Positions 11,349 to 21,007 of a DNA stretch of 64,000 nt are shown here, in pieces. Under the pieces are notes generated by a model. It was given only the letters and a program-made list of their open reading frames with translations, was not told where the DNA came from and searched no databases. Each line of letters opens with the position of its first letter. The stretch's first letter is position 1. A program made the translations under genes and the position numbers. Source of the DNA: Synechococcus sp. (GTDB lineage Bacteria; Cyanobacteriota; Cyanobacteriia; PCC-6307; Cyanobiaceae); assembly GCA_047285535.1 (NCBI GenBank), contig JBJBDC010000001.1, forward strand, positions 896,136-960,135. Reading direction: 5' to 3'.

Positions 11349-11663
11349 TTAATCAACAAGCATCTTGTGATGGACAATCACAAGTGAGTCCGGTGGTTGG
11401 GTTGCGTGGTCATGCGGGGAAGGAAGTGCATTGGAATCAGGCAGAATGGCTAGTCCTTTTAACCAAGCTTGATGGAGTGCATGACGACGTTTATCTTCTT
11501 CGAGCACGAGTCGGTCAGCGGCTGATTGTGGAGTCTCGCCATGCAAAAGCGCAGTGCGAAGACAGATTCCAAAACCTTGGGCTTCCACCTGAACTTTTCC
11601 CTCCATAAGCACCAACTGAAATGTCCAGCCTTTCAACCAGCGGACATAGAAGGGGTTGATCAT
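11349..11663 (-). CDS. Hypothetical protein
   Basis: MINPFYVRWLKGWTFQLVLMEG...AADRLVLEEDKRR; coding-like composition. Confidence 0.65.
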   Translation of the reverse strand: MINPFYVRWLKGWTFQLVLMEGKVQVEAQGFGICLRTALLHGETPQSAADRLVLEEDKRRHALHQAWLKGLAILPDSNALPSPHDHATQPPDSLVIVHHKMLVD

Positions 11664-11738
11664 CAAAGCCCTCAATAGGGGTAGCTGCACCTTATGGGGA
11701 GCTGAAAGGAATCAATACGGGTATGTCAGGGAATCACT

Positions 11739-12794
11739 TCAAGTCTTCTTGGCCGTCCAAACTCTCACCATGCAATGGGATTCAGCTGAGACCCCCGTGA
11801 AGCCAGCGTTACTGAGGCGCAATTCAATGTCGTCTGAAATGAAATCCCTATAAAAGGGCTCGTGGAATGATCGCCTAAAATTATCCATGACCACGCTGAA
11901 TTGCGGTGAATCCATGAGTTGAATGGAGTCAGCAAGAACAAAAACTCCACCTGGCTCTAGCAATCGATAAGCCTCATCAAGAACAGCCTGCCGCGCTTGG
12001 CCTGGAAGCTCATGCAACAGGAAAACACAGGTCAAACCCTGCATGCTTTCATCTCCAAAAGGCATGGATTCAGCATTGCCTTGAAGCAGCTGAACGAGCC
12101 TCTCACTTCCTTTGTTCAGCCATCGATTGGCCTGTCTTAAGTAGGCCTCAGACAGATCAAGACCAACCAAAGAAGCCTGAGGAAGTGCAGCACGGATTTG
12201 ATGAAGCATCCGACCGGTTCCAGTCGCTACATCCAGAATCCGAAGACTCGCTTCGGGCCGATCACTAAATCCTCTCAAGCCTCGTTTGAGTGGAGCGATC
12301 AAACGCCGCCGCATGGCGTCGGCAGCGCCATTGAACAGGATGTCGACCTGGAGGTCGTACAGCTCAGCAGAGTGATCACTGAGATATCCATCTGTTTGAT
12401 GATGGAAATTCTGGAGGTAGTAGTCGGGATAGAGCTCTTCATCGTGATGTTCAGGAATGTCCTGAACATCACGGGCACGACGTCTGGCCCAGTTGGATGG
12501 AAGGTCAAGCCAAACGCGTGGGTAACGCTCGGCCCATTCCAACCAAGGAAGATCGAATAAAAGTGATGGGGGATAAAGCCCTTCTTCTGATTCTTGCCAA
12601 TCAAGATCCTGAAGGGCGGCTGAGGCACGGCGCAATTCGTCGAGCGTTTCGGGAGGAACAGGTTCGGTACTGGGGACAACATCAGGTGCCAACAGTTCCA
12701 TCGCTTTTGTGGTCAGCTCCTTATGGGCCAGGCCTGCCAGGGTGCGCCCCTGCTGGATGGTGCGATAAGCAAATTCGGTCAGGCTGGACGCCAT
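11739..12794 (-). CDS. Class I SAM-dependent methyltransferase
   Basis: ILDVATGTGR SAM motif, YYLQNFHHQTDGYLS, FLLHELP. Confidence 0.92.
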   Translation of the reverse strand: MASSLTEFAYRTIQQGRTLAGLAHKELTTKAMELLAPDVVPSTEPVPPETLDELRRASAALQDLDWQESEEGLYPPSLLFDLPWLEWAERYPRVWLDLPSNWARRRARDVQDIPEHHDEELYPDYYLQNFHHQTDGYLSDHSAELYDLQVDILFNGAADAMRRRLIAPLKRGLRGFSDRPEASLRILDVATGTGRMLHQIRAALPQASLVGLDLSEAYLRQANRWLNKGSERLVQLLQGNAESMPFGDESMQGLTCVFLLHELPGQARQAVLDEAYRLLEPGGVFVLADSIQLMDSPQFSVVMDNFRRSFHEPFYRDFISDDIELRLSNAGFTGVSAESHCMVRVWTAKKT

Positions 12795-12898
12795 GGGGCT
12801 GTGAATAAGTCAATACGCCTATTCCAAAGGATGAGCCCAGGAAGCGGGGCCGATAATCAAATTCTTAGGGGAAGAATTATGAAGATCAAGGAAATTCG

Positions 12899-12912
12899 GT
12901 ATCAACCAATAC
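12899..12912. promoter_or_regulatory. NtcA-binding site (GTA-N8-TAC)
   Basis: GTATCAACCAATAC followed by A; lies between the divergent methyltransferase gene and the 12938/12989 ORF; no canonical TAN3T found 22 nt away on either side. Confidence 0.6.
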
Positions 12913-12988
12913 AGAATGTTTTCAGTTAGACGAGGCTGTGACCATGAGAGTCGCCATTCGTTCGTTTCCGATTGCCTACACCGGCAAT

Positions 12989-13210
12989 GTGCTCGAACGA
13001 CGCCAAAAGGCTGCAGCTGAATTTCTCGCCTGGGCAGACCAACACGCCCATGAGCAAAGGCTGAGCCAATCCAGTCAAGCGCAGATCGAACATCATCCCG
13101 ACCTCCTCGATTCAGAGAGTGCCGTTGCGCAGCAGCGCATCTGGGCCAATCGCCAGGCCCATCAAAAACATCTCCAAAACAGCGCTATCGCCCACCTGCG
13201 GCACCACTGA
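12989..13210 (+). CDS. Small Gln/His/Ala-rich hypothetical protein (alternative starts at 12938 and 12944)
   Basis: ERRQKAAAEFLAWADQHAHEQ...QQRIWANRQAHQKHLQNSAIAHLRHH; followed directly by a long hairpin. Confidence 0.65.
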   Translation: MLERRQKAAAEFLAWADQHAHEQRLSQSSQAQIEHHPDLLDSESAVAQQRIWANRQAHQKHLQNSAIAHLRHH

Positions 13211-13211
13211 C

Positions 13212-13264
13212 GGCATTGAACGCTAATGAAGAGGGGATTGCCCCCTTCATTAGCGTTCAATACC
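13212..13264. terminator. Long inverted repeat (terminator or stability hairpin)
   Basis: ATTGAACGCTAATGAAG / CTTCATTAGCGTTCAAT perfect 17-bp arms plus an inner GGGG-ATTG-CCCC. Confidence 0.7.
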
Positions 13265-13816
13265 AAATTAGCGATCGTTTTTTGACTTATCAAAATGCAG
13301 ACAGGTCAAGAATCTTCTGTGCTTCATCAATTATTAAGTTGATTTTCATGAGGTAAGCCCAGGACAAATTTGCAAGTGACCGTCTCTCGCATCCATTCAG
13401 AGACTGGCCTTGATCCAAATCCAAAAATGAGAAACCACCGCTCGAACCTCAAGTTACGAAGATTCAATCCTTACGGTTAGCAGCGATCATCTCTATCGCG
13501 AGCTCTTATGCGATGGCCTCTAACTCTGGCCCGGTGCAATCAGCGGTGTCGCCTCCTAAATAGAAGAGATTCTCATCAATCTGATTATTGCTGCGATAGC
13601 AAGAGGTCTCAGCCAAATTTAGACTGATGATGAAGCTTGATGTGATCTCTTGATCTGTTCCTTGATATCAATGGGTATTGATACGGTGGGATGCCTCTTG
13701 GCTTGAACAGCCAGGTCTTTTAACGAAGATGATATTGATCCCATTGTGCAGAGCGATAGACGGCCTCCCTGCCCACACGAAGAACTGTTCAATCTCAAGG
13801 GACGCTCCCTACCAAC

Positions 13817-13848
13817 AAAAAATGATCCCCTTGATGGGGGGACCATTT
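13817..13848 (-). terminator. Intrinsic terminator downstream of glnA
   Basis: Minus strand AAATGGTCCCC...GGGGATCATTTTTT. Confidence 0.55.
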
Positions 13849-13884
13849 CATAACTATTTTCTTGATTCACTTAGGAGCTCAGAA

Positions 13885-13905
13885 TCAGCGGCACAAAGCC
13901 GCTGA
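13885..13905 (-). terminator. Hairpin immediately after the glnA stop
   Basis: TCAGCGGC-ACAAA-GCCGCTGA perfect 8-bp stem. Confidence 0.6.
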
Positions 13906-13907
13906 AA

Positions 13908-15329
13908 TCAAGCGTCGTAGTACATGGTGAATTCATAAGGGTGGGGACGCTGACGCAGTTGCTGCACCTCTTCATATTTAATGTTGATCCAATTATCGAT
14001 GAAATCTTTGCTAAAGACACCACCTTCCATGAGGTAATGATGATCAGCATTGAGTGCTTCTAAGGCACCATTCAGAGAGGCTGGAACAGTGGCAATATCC
14101 TTCAATTGTTCAGCGGGAAGTTCAAAGAGATCGCCATCAAAACCATCACCTGGATCGATTTGGTTTTTAATACCATCGAGGCCTGCCATCATCATGGCAG
14201 CAAAGGCTAAGTACGGATTAGCCAGGGCATCACCAGAGCGGAATTCCAAGCGCTTCGCCTTCGGACTAGGCCCTGTCAGTGGAATCCGAACAGCCGCAGA
14301 TCGGTTGCCTTCTGAATACACCAAATTCACAGGTGCTTCAAAACCTGGCACCAGGCGTTTGTAGCTGTTGGTGGTGGGATTGGTGAATGCAAGAAACGAT
14401 GGAGCATGTTTCAGAATTCCGCCGATATACCAACGAGCTGTTTGAGAGAGGTTGGCATAGGTCCCTTCTCCGAAGAATAGGGGTTGGCCGCCTTTCCATA
14501 GGCTCTGGTGCACATGCATTCCAGTTCCATTGTCATTAAAAACTGGCTTCGGCATGAAAGTGGCCGTCTTACCATATTTTTTTGCCACATTGCGCACAAC
14601 ATATTTATAAGTCATCACATTGTCGGCAGCCTGAATTAGCTCCGCAAACTTCATTCCCAATTCATGCTGACCAGCACCAGCAACTTCATGGTGATGCTTC
14701 TCAATTGGAATGCCCAATTGAGCCATCATCAGCAACATCTCAGAACGAATATCCTGCGCCGTATCGTTTGGAGAAACAGGGAAATAACCTTCTTTCAGTT
14801 GAATTTTATAGGCAAGATTTCCTCCTTCTTCCACCCTCCCGCTATTCCAGGAGGCTTCGATGGTGTCAACGCTATAGGAACAGCTTCCCTCACTGGAGCT
14901 GTAACGAACGTCATCAAAAATGAAAAATTCAGGTTCTGGACCAAAAAATGCAGTGTCTGCCAATCCAGTATTAGCAAGGTAGGCCAATGCTTTCTGAGCC
15001 AGAGAGCGAGGACAACGCCCATAAGGTTCACCCGTACGTGGATCCTGAATCGAACAGATCAGGCTCACTGTTTTATGGCGGTAGAAGGGATCCACCCATG
15101 CCGTGGAGGGGTCTGGAACCATGGCCATGTCAGAAGCGTTGATCGCCTTCCAGCCGCGTATCGAAGATCCATCGAAGGCCAGACCATCACGAAAAGCGTC
15201 CTCATCCACCATGTCTGAACACACGGTGAGGTGTTGCCACTTGCCGTGCAGATCGGTGAATTTGAGGTCGATCAGCTCGATCCCTTCGTCCTTGATTTGA
15301 CGAAGAACGTCCTGAGCAGTTTTGGCCAT
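13908..15329 (-). CDS. glnA: Glutamine synthetase type I
   Basis: [43 protein letters not shown]. Confidence 0.99.
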   Translation of the reverse strand: MAKTAQDVLRQIKDEGIELIDLKFTDLHGKWQHLTVCSDMVDEDAFRDGLAFDGSSIRGWKAINASDMAMVPDPSTAWVDPFYRHKTVSLICSIQDPRTGEPYGRCPRSLAQKALAYLANTGLADTAFFGPEPEFFIFDDVRYSSSEGSCSYSVDTIEASWNSGRVEEGGNLAYKIQLKEGYFPVSPNDTAQDIRSEMLLMMAQLGIPIEKHHHEVAGAGQHELGMKFAELIQAADNVMTYKYVVRNVAKKYGKTATFMPKPVFNDNGTGMHVHQSLWKGGQPLFFGEGTYANLSQTARWYIGGILKHAPSFLAFTNPTTNSYKRLVPGFEAPVNLVYSEGNRSAAVRIPLTGPSPKAKRLEFRSGDALANPYLAFAAMMMAGLDGIKNQIDPGDGFDGDLFELPAEQLKDIATVPASLNGALEALNADHHYLMEGGVFSKDFIDNWINIKYEEVQQLRQRPHPYEFTMYYDA

Positions 15330-15361
15330 GATTAAGGCTGAAGCCGAAGGTATCTTTTCTA

Positions 15362-15403
15362 ACCGTAGGTACTGATCTGACTCGCTTTTGTAGCAACACG
15401 CAC
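15362..15403 (-). promoter_or_regulatory. NtcA-activated glnA promoter
   Basis: Minus strand GTG-CGTGTTGC-TAC (15403-15390), 22-nt spacer, then -10 TACGGT (15367-15362): canonical class II NtcA architecture. Confidence 0.8.
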
Positions 15404-15551
15404 TTTTTTGATTGCAGACAGTTGGGCTGCCAGGCAGAGGTCACCACTTGGTAACCGTTTCTGTCAGATTCCTAGGATCCCAGGTGATGAAAGCGTTCTG
15501 ACCACCTTTGTGATGTTACCTTCCAGCCAGTGATCATTAGCGTCCCCCACC

Positions 15552-16076
15552 ATGCGTGATGCCATCACCGGGTTGATCGGTCGTTACGACCAATTGGGTC
15601 GCTACTTCGATCGATCCGCAATTGATAGTATTGAGGGCTATTTCGATCAAGCCGAGCTGCGACTCAGGGCTGTGGAGTTGATCAACCGAGAAGCGACTGA
15701 GCTGGTAAGAGAAGCCAGCCAAAGGCTTTTCGAAGGCGACCCAGAACTGCTTTTACCAGGAGGGAATGCATACACGACTCGACGTTTAGCAGCCTGTCTC
15801 CGGGATATGGATTATTTCCTTCGCTACGCGAGCTATGCCCTTGTCGCTGATGACAGCACAATCCTGAACGAAAGGGTGCTGAACGGTTTAGACGACACTT
15901 ACAAGAGTCTTGGGGTTCCGACGGGACCCACAGTGCGAAGCATGATTCTCTTAGCTGATGTTCTTTGCGAGCGGATGGTGGCTGAAGGCTGCAACCCGGC
16001 TGATTGTCAGATGATTCGTAAGCCCTTCGATCATCTTGCTTCAGGGCTTTCCGTTACTGATGTTCGTCAGCGCTGA
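15552..16076 (+). CDS. apcF: Allophycocyanin beta-18 subunit
   Basis: MRDAITGLIGRYDQLGRY, PGGNAYTTRRLAACLRDMDYFLRYASYA; adjacent to glnA. Confidence 0.95.
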   Translation: MRDAITGLIGRYDQLGRYFDRSAIDSIEGYFDQAELRLRAVELINREATELVREASQRLFEGDPELLLPGGNAYTTRRLAACLRDMDYFLRYASYALVADDSTILNERVLNGLDDTYKSLGVPTGPTVRSMILLADVLCERMVAEGCNPADCQMIRKPFDHLASGLSVTDVRQR

Positions 16077-16168
16077 TCGCGCAAGGCGCATTCTTTTCAA
16101 CAGGCGTTGCAAACCAGCTGTTCAGCTCCCTGATTGGTCCTCTCTATGCGTAGGCTTCTGCCCATTGA

Positions 16169-17368
16169 TTGGTGATCCAGGCTTTGGCGACGACGCACCC
16201 CCCCCTGTTGGTTGATTCGTCCCATCGAAGGGCTATTGCCCCGATCAACACACCTGATCGTCTGCTACTGGGACCAGGACCCTCAAATGCAGACCCTACA
16301 GTTCTCAAGGCTTTATCTCGGACTCCAATCGGTCACCTCGATCCACTTTATGTCGAGCTGATGGGAGAAGTGCAGGAACTTCTCCGCTATGCGTGGCAGA
16401 CCGACAATCGCTTGACCCTGCCAATGAGTGGAACGGGAAGTGCAGCGATGGAAGCCACCCTTGCCAACACCGTTGAACCTGGTGACAAGGTTCTGGTTGC
16501 TGTGAAGGGATATTTCGGCAATCGCCTTGTTGACATGGCTGGGCGCTATCGCGCTGACGTGAAGATCATTGAAAAACCTTGGGGTGAAGCCTTTTCCAAA
16601 GATGAACTGGAAGCTGCTCTGATCGAACACAAACCAGCCATTCTGGCGATGGTGCATGCCGAAACTTCTACAGGCGTCTGTCAGCCGATGGATGGGATTG
16701 GAGACCTCTGTCGGAAACACAACTGCCTGCTCCTCTTGGATACCGTGACCTCGCTTGGCGGAGTTCCCCTTTATCTCGATGATTGGAAGGTAGATCTTGC
16801 CTACAGTTGTAGTCAGAAGGGTCTGAGCTGCCCTCCTGGACTTGGCCCATTCACCATGGGTCCCCGTGCAGAAGCGAAGCTCGCTGCTCGAAAAGACAAG
16901 GTTCCCAATTGGTACCTTGATGTTTCACTGCTCAATCAGTACTGGGGTAGTGACAGGGTGTATCACCACACAGCACCGGTGAACATGAATTTCGGCATGC
17001 GGGAAGCACTGAGACTTTTAGCCGAAGAAGGCTTGGATCAGGCCTGGGACAGACACCGGAAAAACGCCGAATCACTTTGGACCGGTCTGGAATCAATGGG
17101 CATGGAAATGCATGTGTCCGAGGAACTCCGCCTTCCCACACTCACCACAGTTCGCATTCCCGAAGACGTTGATGGGAAGGGATTCACCCAGCACCTCCTG
17201 AACACCCACGGCATTGAGGTGGGTGGAGGCCTTGGGGTTCTTGCCGGCAAAATCTGGCGAATCGGCCTGATGGGTTACAACTCCAACCCTGAAAATGTCA
17301 ACAGGCTGTTGAATCTGTTTGAAACTGATTTGCCTCAGTTCCGTCAGAACGTCGCCGCCGCTGCCTAA
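16169..17368 (+). CDS. spt: Serine:pyruvate / alanine:glyoxylate aminotransferase (class V)
   Basis: LLLGPGPSN, HAETSTG, SCSQKGLSCPPG (PLP lysine), WRIGLMG; exact start uncertain. Confidence 0.9.
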   Translation: MVIQALATTHPPLLVDSSHRRAIAPINTPDRLLLGPGPSNADPTVLKALSRTPIGHLDPLYVELMGEVQELLRYAWQTDNRLTLPMSGTGSAAMEATLANTVEPGDKVLVAVKGYFGNRLVDMAGRYRADVKIIEKPWGEAFSKDELEAALIEHKPAILAMVHAETSTGVCQPMDGIGDLCRKHNCLLLLDTVTSLGGVPLYLDDWKVDLAYSCSQKGLSCPPGLGPFTMGPRAEAKLAARKDKVPNWYLDVSLLNQYWGSDRVYHHTAPVNMNFGMREALRLLAEEGLDQAWDRHRKNAESLWTGLESMGMEMHVSEELRLPTLTTVRIPEDVDGKGFTQHLLNTHGIEVGGGLGVLAGKIWRIGLMGYNSNPENVNRLLNLFETDLPQFRQNVAAAA

Positions 17369-17816
17369 ACCAGCGCTCCAGCATCTCTTTGGCTTGTTCA
17401 GAACGCACCCCAGAGATCACTGTCATTCGGTGATGAGCACTCACATGATCTGCCAGATTGATGGTGCTCCCCAAAGCCCCACGCTTAGGGTCGGTCGCGG
17501 CGAAAATCACCTGTCCGACTCTCGCCTGAACCAAAGCCCCCGCGCACATCGGACAGGGTTCCAACGTCACCAACACTGTGCAGTCATTAAGACGCCAGTC
17601 GCCCCGAAGCAAACAGGCTTGACGAATCGCCATCAACTCCGCATGGCCAAGAGGATCACTGCGCTGTTCCCTTGTGTTCATTCCATGTCCAATACAGCGG
17701 CCCTGGTGATCCAAAACAATGGCAGTGACAGGGACTTCTCCTTGTTCTCCCAGACACCGCGCCCTCTCAATCAACCGTCCCATCCAGCAATCCGATTGCT
17801 CGGGCGTCAGGTCCAT
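17298..17816 (-). CDS. tadA: tRNA-specific adenosine deaminase
   Basis: GEVPV, HAE and TLEPCPMCAGA zinc motifs. Confidence 0.9.
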   Translation of the reverse strand: MDLTPEQSDCWMGRLIERARCLGEQGEVPVTAIVLDHQGRCIGHGMNTREQRSDPLGHAELMAIRQACLLRGDWRLNDCTVLVTLEPCPMCAGALVQARVGQVIFAATDPKRGALGSTINLADHVSAHHRMTVISGVRSEQAKEMLERWFRQRRRRSDGTEANQFQTDSTAC

Positions 17817-17878
17817 TGGGGGAGGCAAAATCAGACTCTTTGAGGAGCGCGTCGTTCGATGAGCCACCACAAGAGAGA

Positions 17879-19315
17879 ATGTTGATACTCCATCCTCTCT
17901 TCTTGGTCGGACCTTCTAGGAATCCCGCACCGGTAGCTCTGTCGGCATTTGCTTCTCCCGACACGCTTGACCCTCAGCTGCTTCAGTTTTTGGAGCGAAC
18001 TTCCGAGCGACTTTGCCATTGGATCGGCACGGCTGCAGAGCGGGGGCCATTGCCAGCACTACGCGTGCTTCCTGATGCTGCACCTGAACCGAATGGTCGG
18101 GAGATGAATCAACTGTTGGATGACCTTCAACACGTGATGGATGGCGCTTATCAGCCCTCACATCCTGGGGCACTTGCTCATCTGGATCCACCACCGATCA
18201 CGGCCTCAATCGCAGCCGATTTGATCTGCGCGGGATTGAATAACAACCTCCTAGCAGAGGAGCTTTCTCCCAGCCTGAGTCATCTTGAACGTCAGGTTTG
18301 CGCGTGGTTTGCTCAGCGGATTGGATTTCCTGCTGGCGCTTCTGGTGTGGCGGCGAGTGGTGGCACCCTCAGCAATTTGATCGCCTTGGTCTCAGCGCGA
18401 CATCATGCTGGTTTAAACCACACTCCAGATGCCGTGGTGTTGGTCAGTGCTGATGCCCATGTCTCATGGAAAAAGTCTGCCCGCGTCATGGGACTTCCAA
18501 TCGATGGAATCCGCCAAATCCCCGTCGATCAACAGGGCTCCATGGATGTCGACCAACTGGAAGTCGAAATCACACAACTCTCAAAGGAAGGGCGCCCTTG
18601 TATCGCAGTCGTTGCGACGGCAGGAACCACATTGAGAGGAGCCATCGATCCTGTCTCGTCCATTGCCGATGTCTGTGACCGCTTTGGCTTATGGCTGCAT
18701 GTAGATGGGGCGATCGGTGCTGTTTTTGCTCTGAGCGCCGCAACAAAGCATGTACTCCAAGGGATCTCAAGAGCTGATTCCATCACCATCAACCCCCAGA
18801 AAGTCCTCGGCATCACCAAAACGTCGTCACTACTGCTGGTCAGGAATGAGAACGTCCTTGCTGAGCCTTTCTCCACAGGTCTTCCTTACATGGAACCGGC
18901 CCTTGAACACGATCACGGTGGCGAACTGGGCCTGCAGGGGAGTCGCCCCGCAGAAGTCCTCAAACTTTGGCTGGGATTGCGGCAACTCGGTGAATCAGGA
19001 ATTGAACAGCTTCTTTCAGCCGCCATTTCTCGACGTGAATATCTCGAGGAGAAACTTGATTCCACAAGGCTGCAAGTGCTGACAGGTCCATTGCATCTGC
19101 TTGCCTGCGGCCCCCTGTGCTGCCCTGGATCACAACAGGAAACCTGGTCGATCGAAACTCGCCGACAATTGCTGAATCAAGGCATCATGCTGTCGAGGCC
19201 CATGCATCAAGGACGGCATTTCCTCAAGGCTGTTCTTGGGAATCCCCATACCGATTGCATTTTGCTGGACAAACTGGCACTAGCCCTGAATCGATCCGTG
19301 GAAACCTTGCTCTAA
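17879..19315 (+). CDS. PLP-dependent group II decarboxylase
   Basis: SGGTLSNL, ATAGTT, HVDGAIG, NPQK motifs; start uncertain. Confidence 0.88.
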   Translation: MLILHPLFLVGPSRNPAPVALSAFASPDTLDPQLLQFLERTSERLCHWIGTAAERGPLPALRVLPDAAPEPNGREMNQLLDDLQHVMDGAYQPSHPGALAHLDPPPITASIAADLICAGLNNNLLAEELSPSLSHLERQVCAWFAQRIGFPAGASGVAASGGTLSNLIALVSARHHAGLNHTPDAVVLVSADAHVSWKKSARVMGLPIDGIRQIPVDQQGSMDVDQLEVEITQLSKEGRPCIAVVATAGTTLRGAIDPVSSIADVCDRFGLWLHVDGAIGAVFALSAATKHVLQGISRADSITINPQKVLGITKTSSLLLVRNENVLAEPFSTGLPYMEPALEHDHGGELGLQGSRPAEVLKLWLGLRQLGESGIEQLLSAAISRREYLEEKLDSTRLQVLTGPLHLLACGPLCCPGSQQETWSIETRRQLLNQGIMLSRPMHQGRHFLKAVLGNPHTDCILLDKLALALNRSVETLL

Positions 19316-19515
19316 TGGCGGAACCAAAACGCCAACGGGGCCGCTGGGTGGCCATCGCGACAGGCATCCTGTCGGTCCTGATTGGTGTGGCCTATTTAGG
19401 CCTGATCACTGTTCTCGATGCCCGCGGCCCCATGCGCCCCCCTCCGCCCGAGGCTCTGGTTGGGGTGGTAAGCGCCTCCTGGATGACTTTTGGAGTGGTT
19501 CCACCACCCTCGTGA
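19315..19515 (+). CDS. Small membrane protein
   Basis: TAATG overlap with the upstream stop; RGRWVAIATGILSVLIGVAYLGLITVLDARGPMRPPPPEA. Confidence 0.7.
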   Translation: MAEPKRQRGRWVAIATGILSVLIGVAYLGLITVLDARGPMRPPPPEALVGVVSASWMTFGVVPPPS

Positions 19516-21007
19516 GTGCCGTTTCTAAAAATCGTTTTAGGGCACTATCACGACGGTTGAGGTCGTAGTGATGCTGCACAACATCCTGCACGCCGCCATC
19601 GCCCCAGTCTTGATCCTGCTGGAAGTAAGTGATGAAACTGGCTCCTGCGATGCGCGTTAACCAAGCTGCAGCAACACCCTGAACAGCTTTCCCAAGAAGC
19701 AGAGTGGGCAAATTCACGCTAAGGGCGGTACCAATCAGAGCAACACCTCCTTTGACAACACCAAGTCCTGCAAGCGTTCTCCCAACCGACACGGCCAGCT
19801 CCTGAGCTTTGGAACGTGTCAACGGCACGTTGTAGACCCTTGCCACCTCCATCACCATCTGGGCATTGACAGCTGCAGTACCAAGCAAGTCGACGCCGGG
19901 GAGTGGCGTCGCGGCCACGACGCCTGCACTAATCCAGCTGTATCGATCAACGATTCGTCGTGCCTCTGTCTGACGCTGCCTGTTGAGAAGAGATCGACCC
20001 TTGTCACCCAGATCTCTGCATTGCAGAAGAATGTTGTCAGCCAGGAGTTCTTCACCATCGGCATGGAGCACAACGGCCATTCTCTGAAGCAACAGGGCCA
20101 CTTCAGGTGATGGTTGCCAGGGTTGCTGCCCTGGTCTTGGCAAGGATTGGGGCGATGCACTGGTGGGGATCACGTCCTCGCCAGCCAGCCAACCTCTGCA
20201 ACGACCTCGGAGCAAGGCCAATAAGCGCTTCTCCTCTTCTTCTCCGCGTAAATCGCATTTGTTCAAGATCAAAAGCAGTCTCTTACCCAAGCCAGCGAGG
20301 CTGCGCACCACATCCAGTTCGGCAGATCGAAGATCACCATCCACCACGACCAGCATCAAATCAGCACGGCTGGCACGCTCTCGGGCCTCCTGTTCCCGCT
20401 CTCTTCCATCAAGACCACTTTCAAGAATTCCTGGTGTATCCACCAACTGAAGGCCCCGTTCCAGTTTGTTGAGGCGCAGCCGATAGGTCTGGCTGCCGGT
20501 GGTGGAACCCATCGGTGCACCAACACTGCCAACGATGTCTTGGAGCAAGGCACGAATCAGTGATGTTTTTCCACTGGAACCAGTGCCAAAGACCACCACC
20601 ACCAAATCGCCGCGGGCAAGCTCACGGGCGACTCTCTCTCTTTCGAGGTGAAGGGATTGACGGGCCACATCGTCCTGAAGACGATCCAACAAACGATCGA
20701 TACTTTGCAGGCTTTGTTCAGCAGCTTGACGACGGGTTCCTGGGGGTAAGGGAGCCTGACTCTGATTGTTCGTGTTGGTTGTTGAGTGACGGCCTTTCCA
20801 ACCCTTCCACCACGGCAACCCAACCTGAACCACCATCGCTATGACCAGGATGGTGCCGATCAGCAGAACTGGACCCAGGAGCCAAGGCGGAAGGATGTAA
20901 CTCAGATCCCAGAGCAGATTGCGAATGGCCTGCAACACCAGACCAAGCACCAGCAGAACAATCAGTCCTGCGGCTCCAAGAAGTATCCAGCGATTTTTTC
21001 CTTTCAT
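19406..21007 (-). CDS. Membrane-anchored GTPase with DUF697/YcjF domain
   Basis: GTGSSGKTS, DTPG and NKCD GTPase motifs; ATPLPGVDLL. Confidence 0.88.
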   Translation of the reverse strand: MKGKNRWILLGAAGLIVLLVLGLVLQAIRNLLWDLSYILPPWLLGPVLLIGTILVIAMVVQVGLPWWKGWKGRHSTTNTNNQSQAPLPPGTRRQAAEQSLQSIDRLLDRLQDDVARQSLHLERERVARELARGDLVVVVFGTGSSGKTSLIRALLQDIVGSVGAPMGSTTGSQTYRLRLNKLERGLQLVDTPGILESGLDGREREQEARERASRADLMLVVVDGDLRSAELDVVRSLAGLGKRLLLILNKCDLRGEEEEKRLLALLRGRCRGWLAGEDVIPTSASPQSLPRPGQQPWQPSPEVALLLQRMAVVLHADGEELLADNILLQCRDLGDKGRSLLNRQRQTEARRIVDRYSWISAGVVAATPLPGVDLLGTAAVNAQMVMEVARVYNVPLTRSKAQELAVSVGRTLAGLGVVKGGVALIGTALSVNLPTLLLGKAVQGVAAAWLTRIAGASFITYFQQDQDWGDGGVQDVVQHHYDLNRRDSALKRFLETALTRVVEPLQKSSRRRLPPQPEPRAEGGAWGRGHREQ

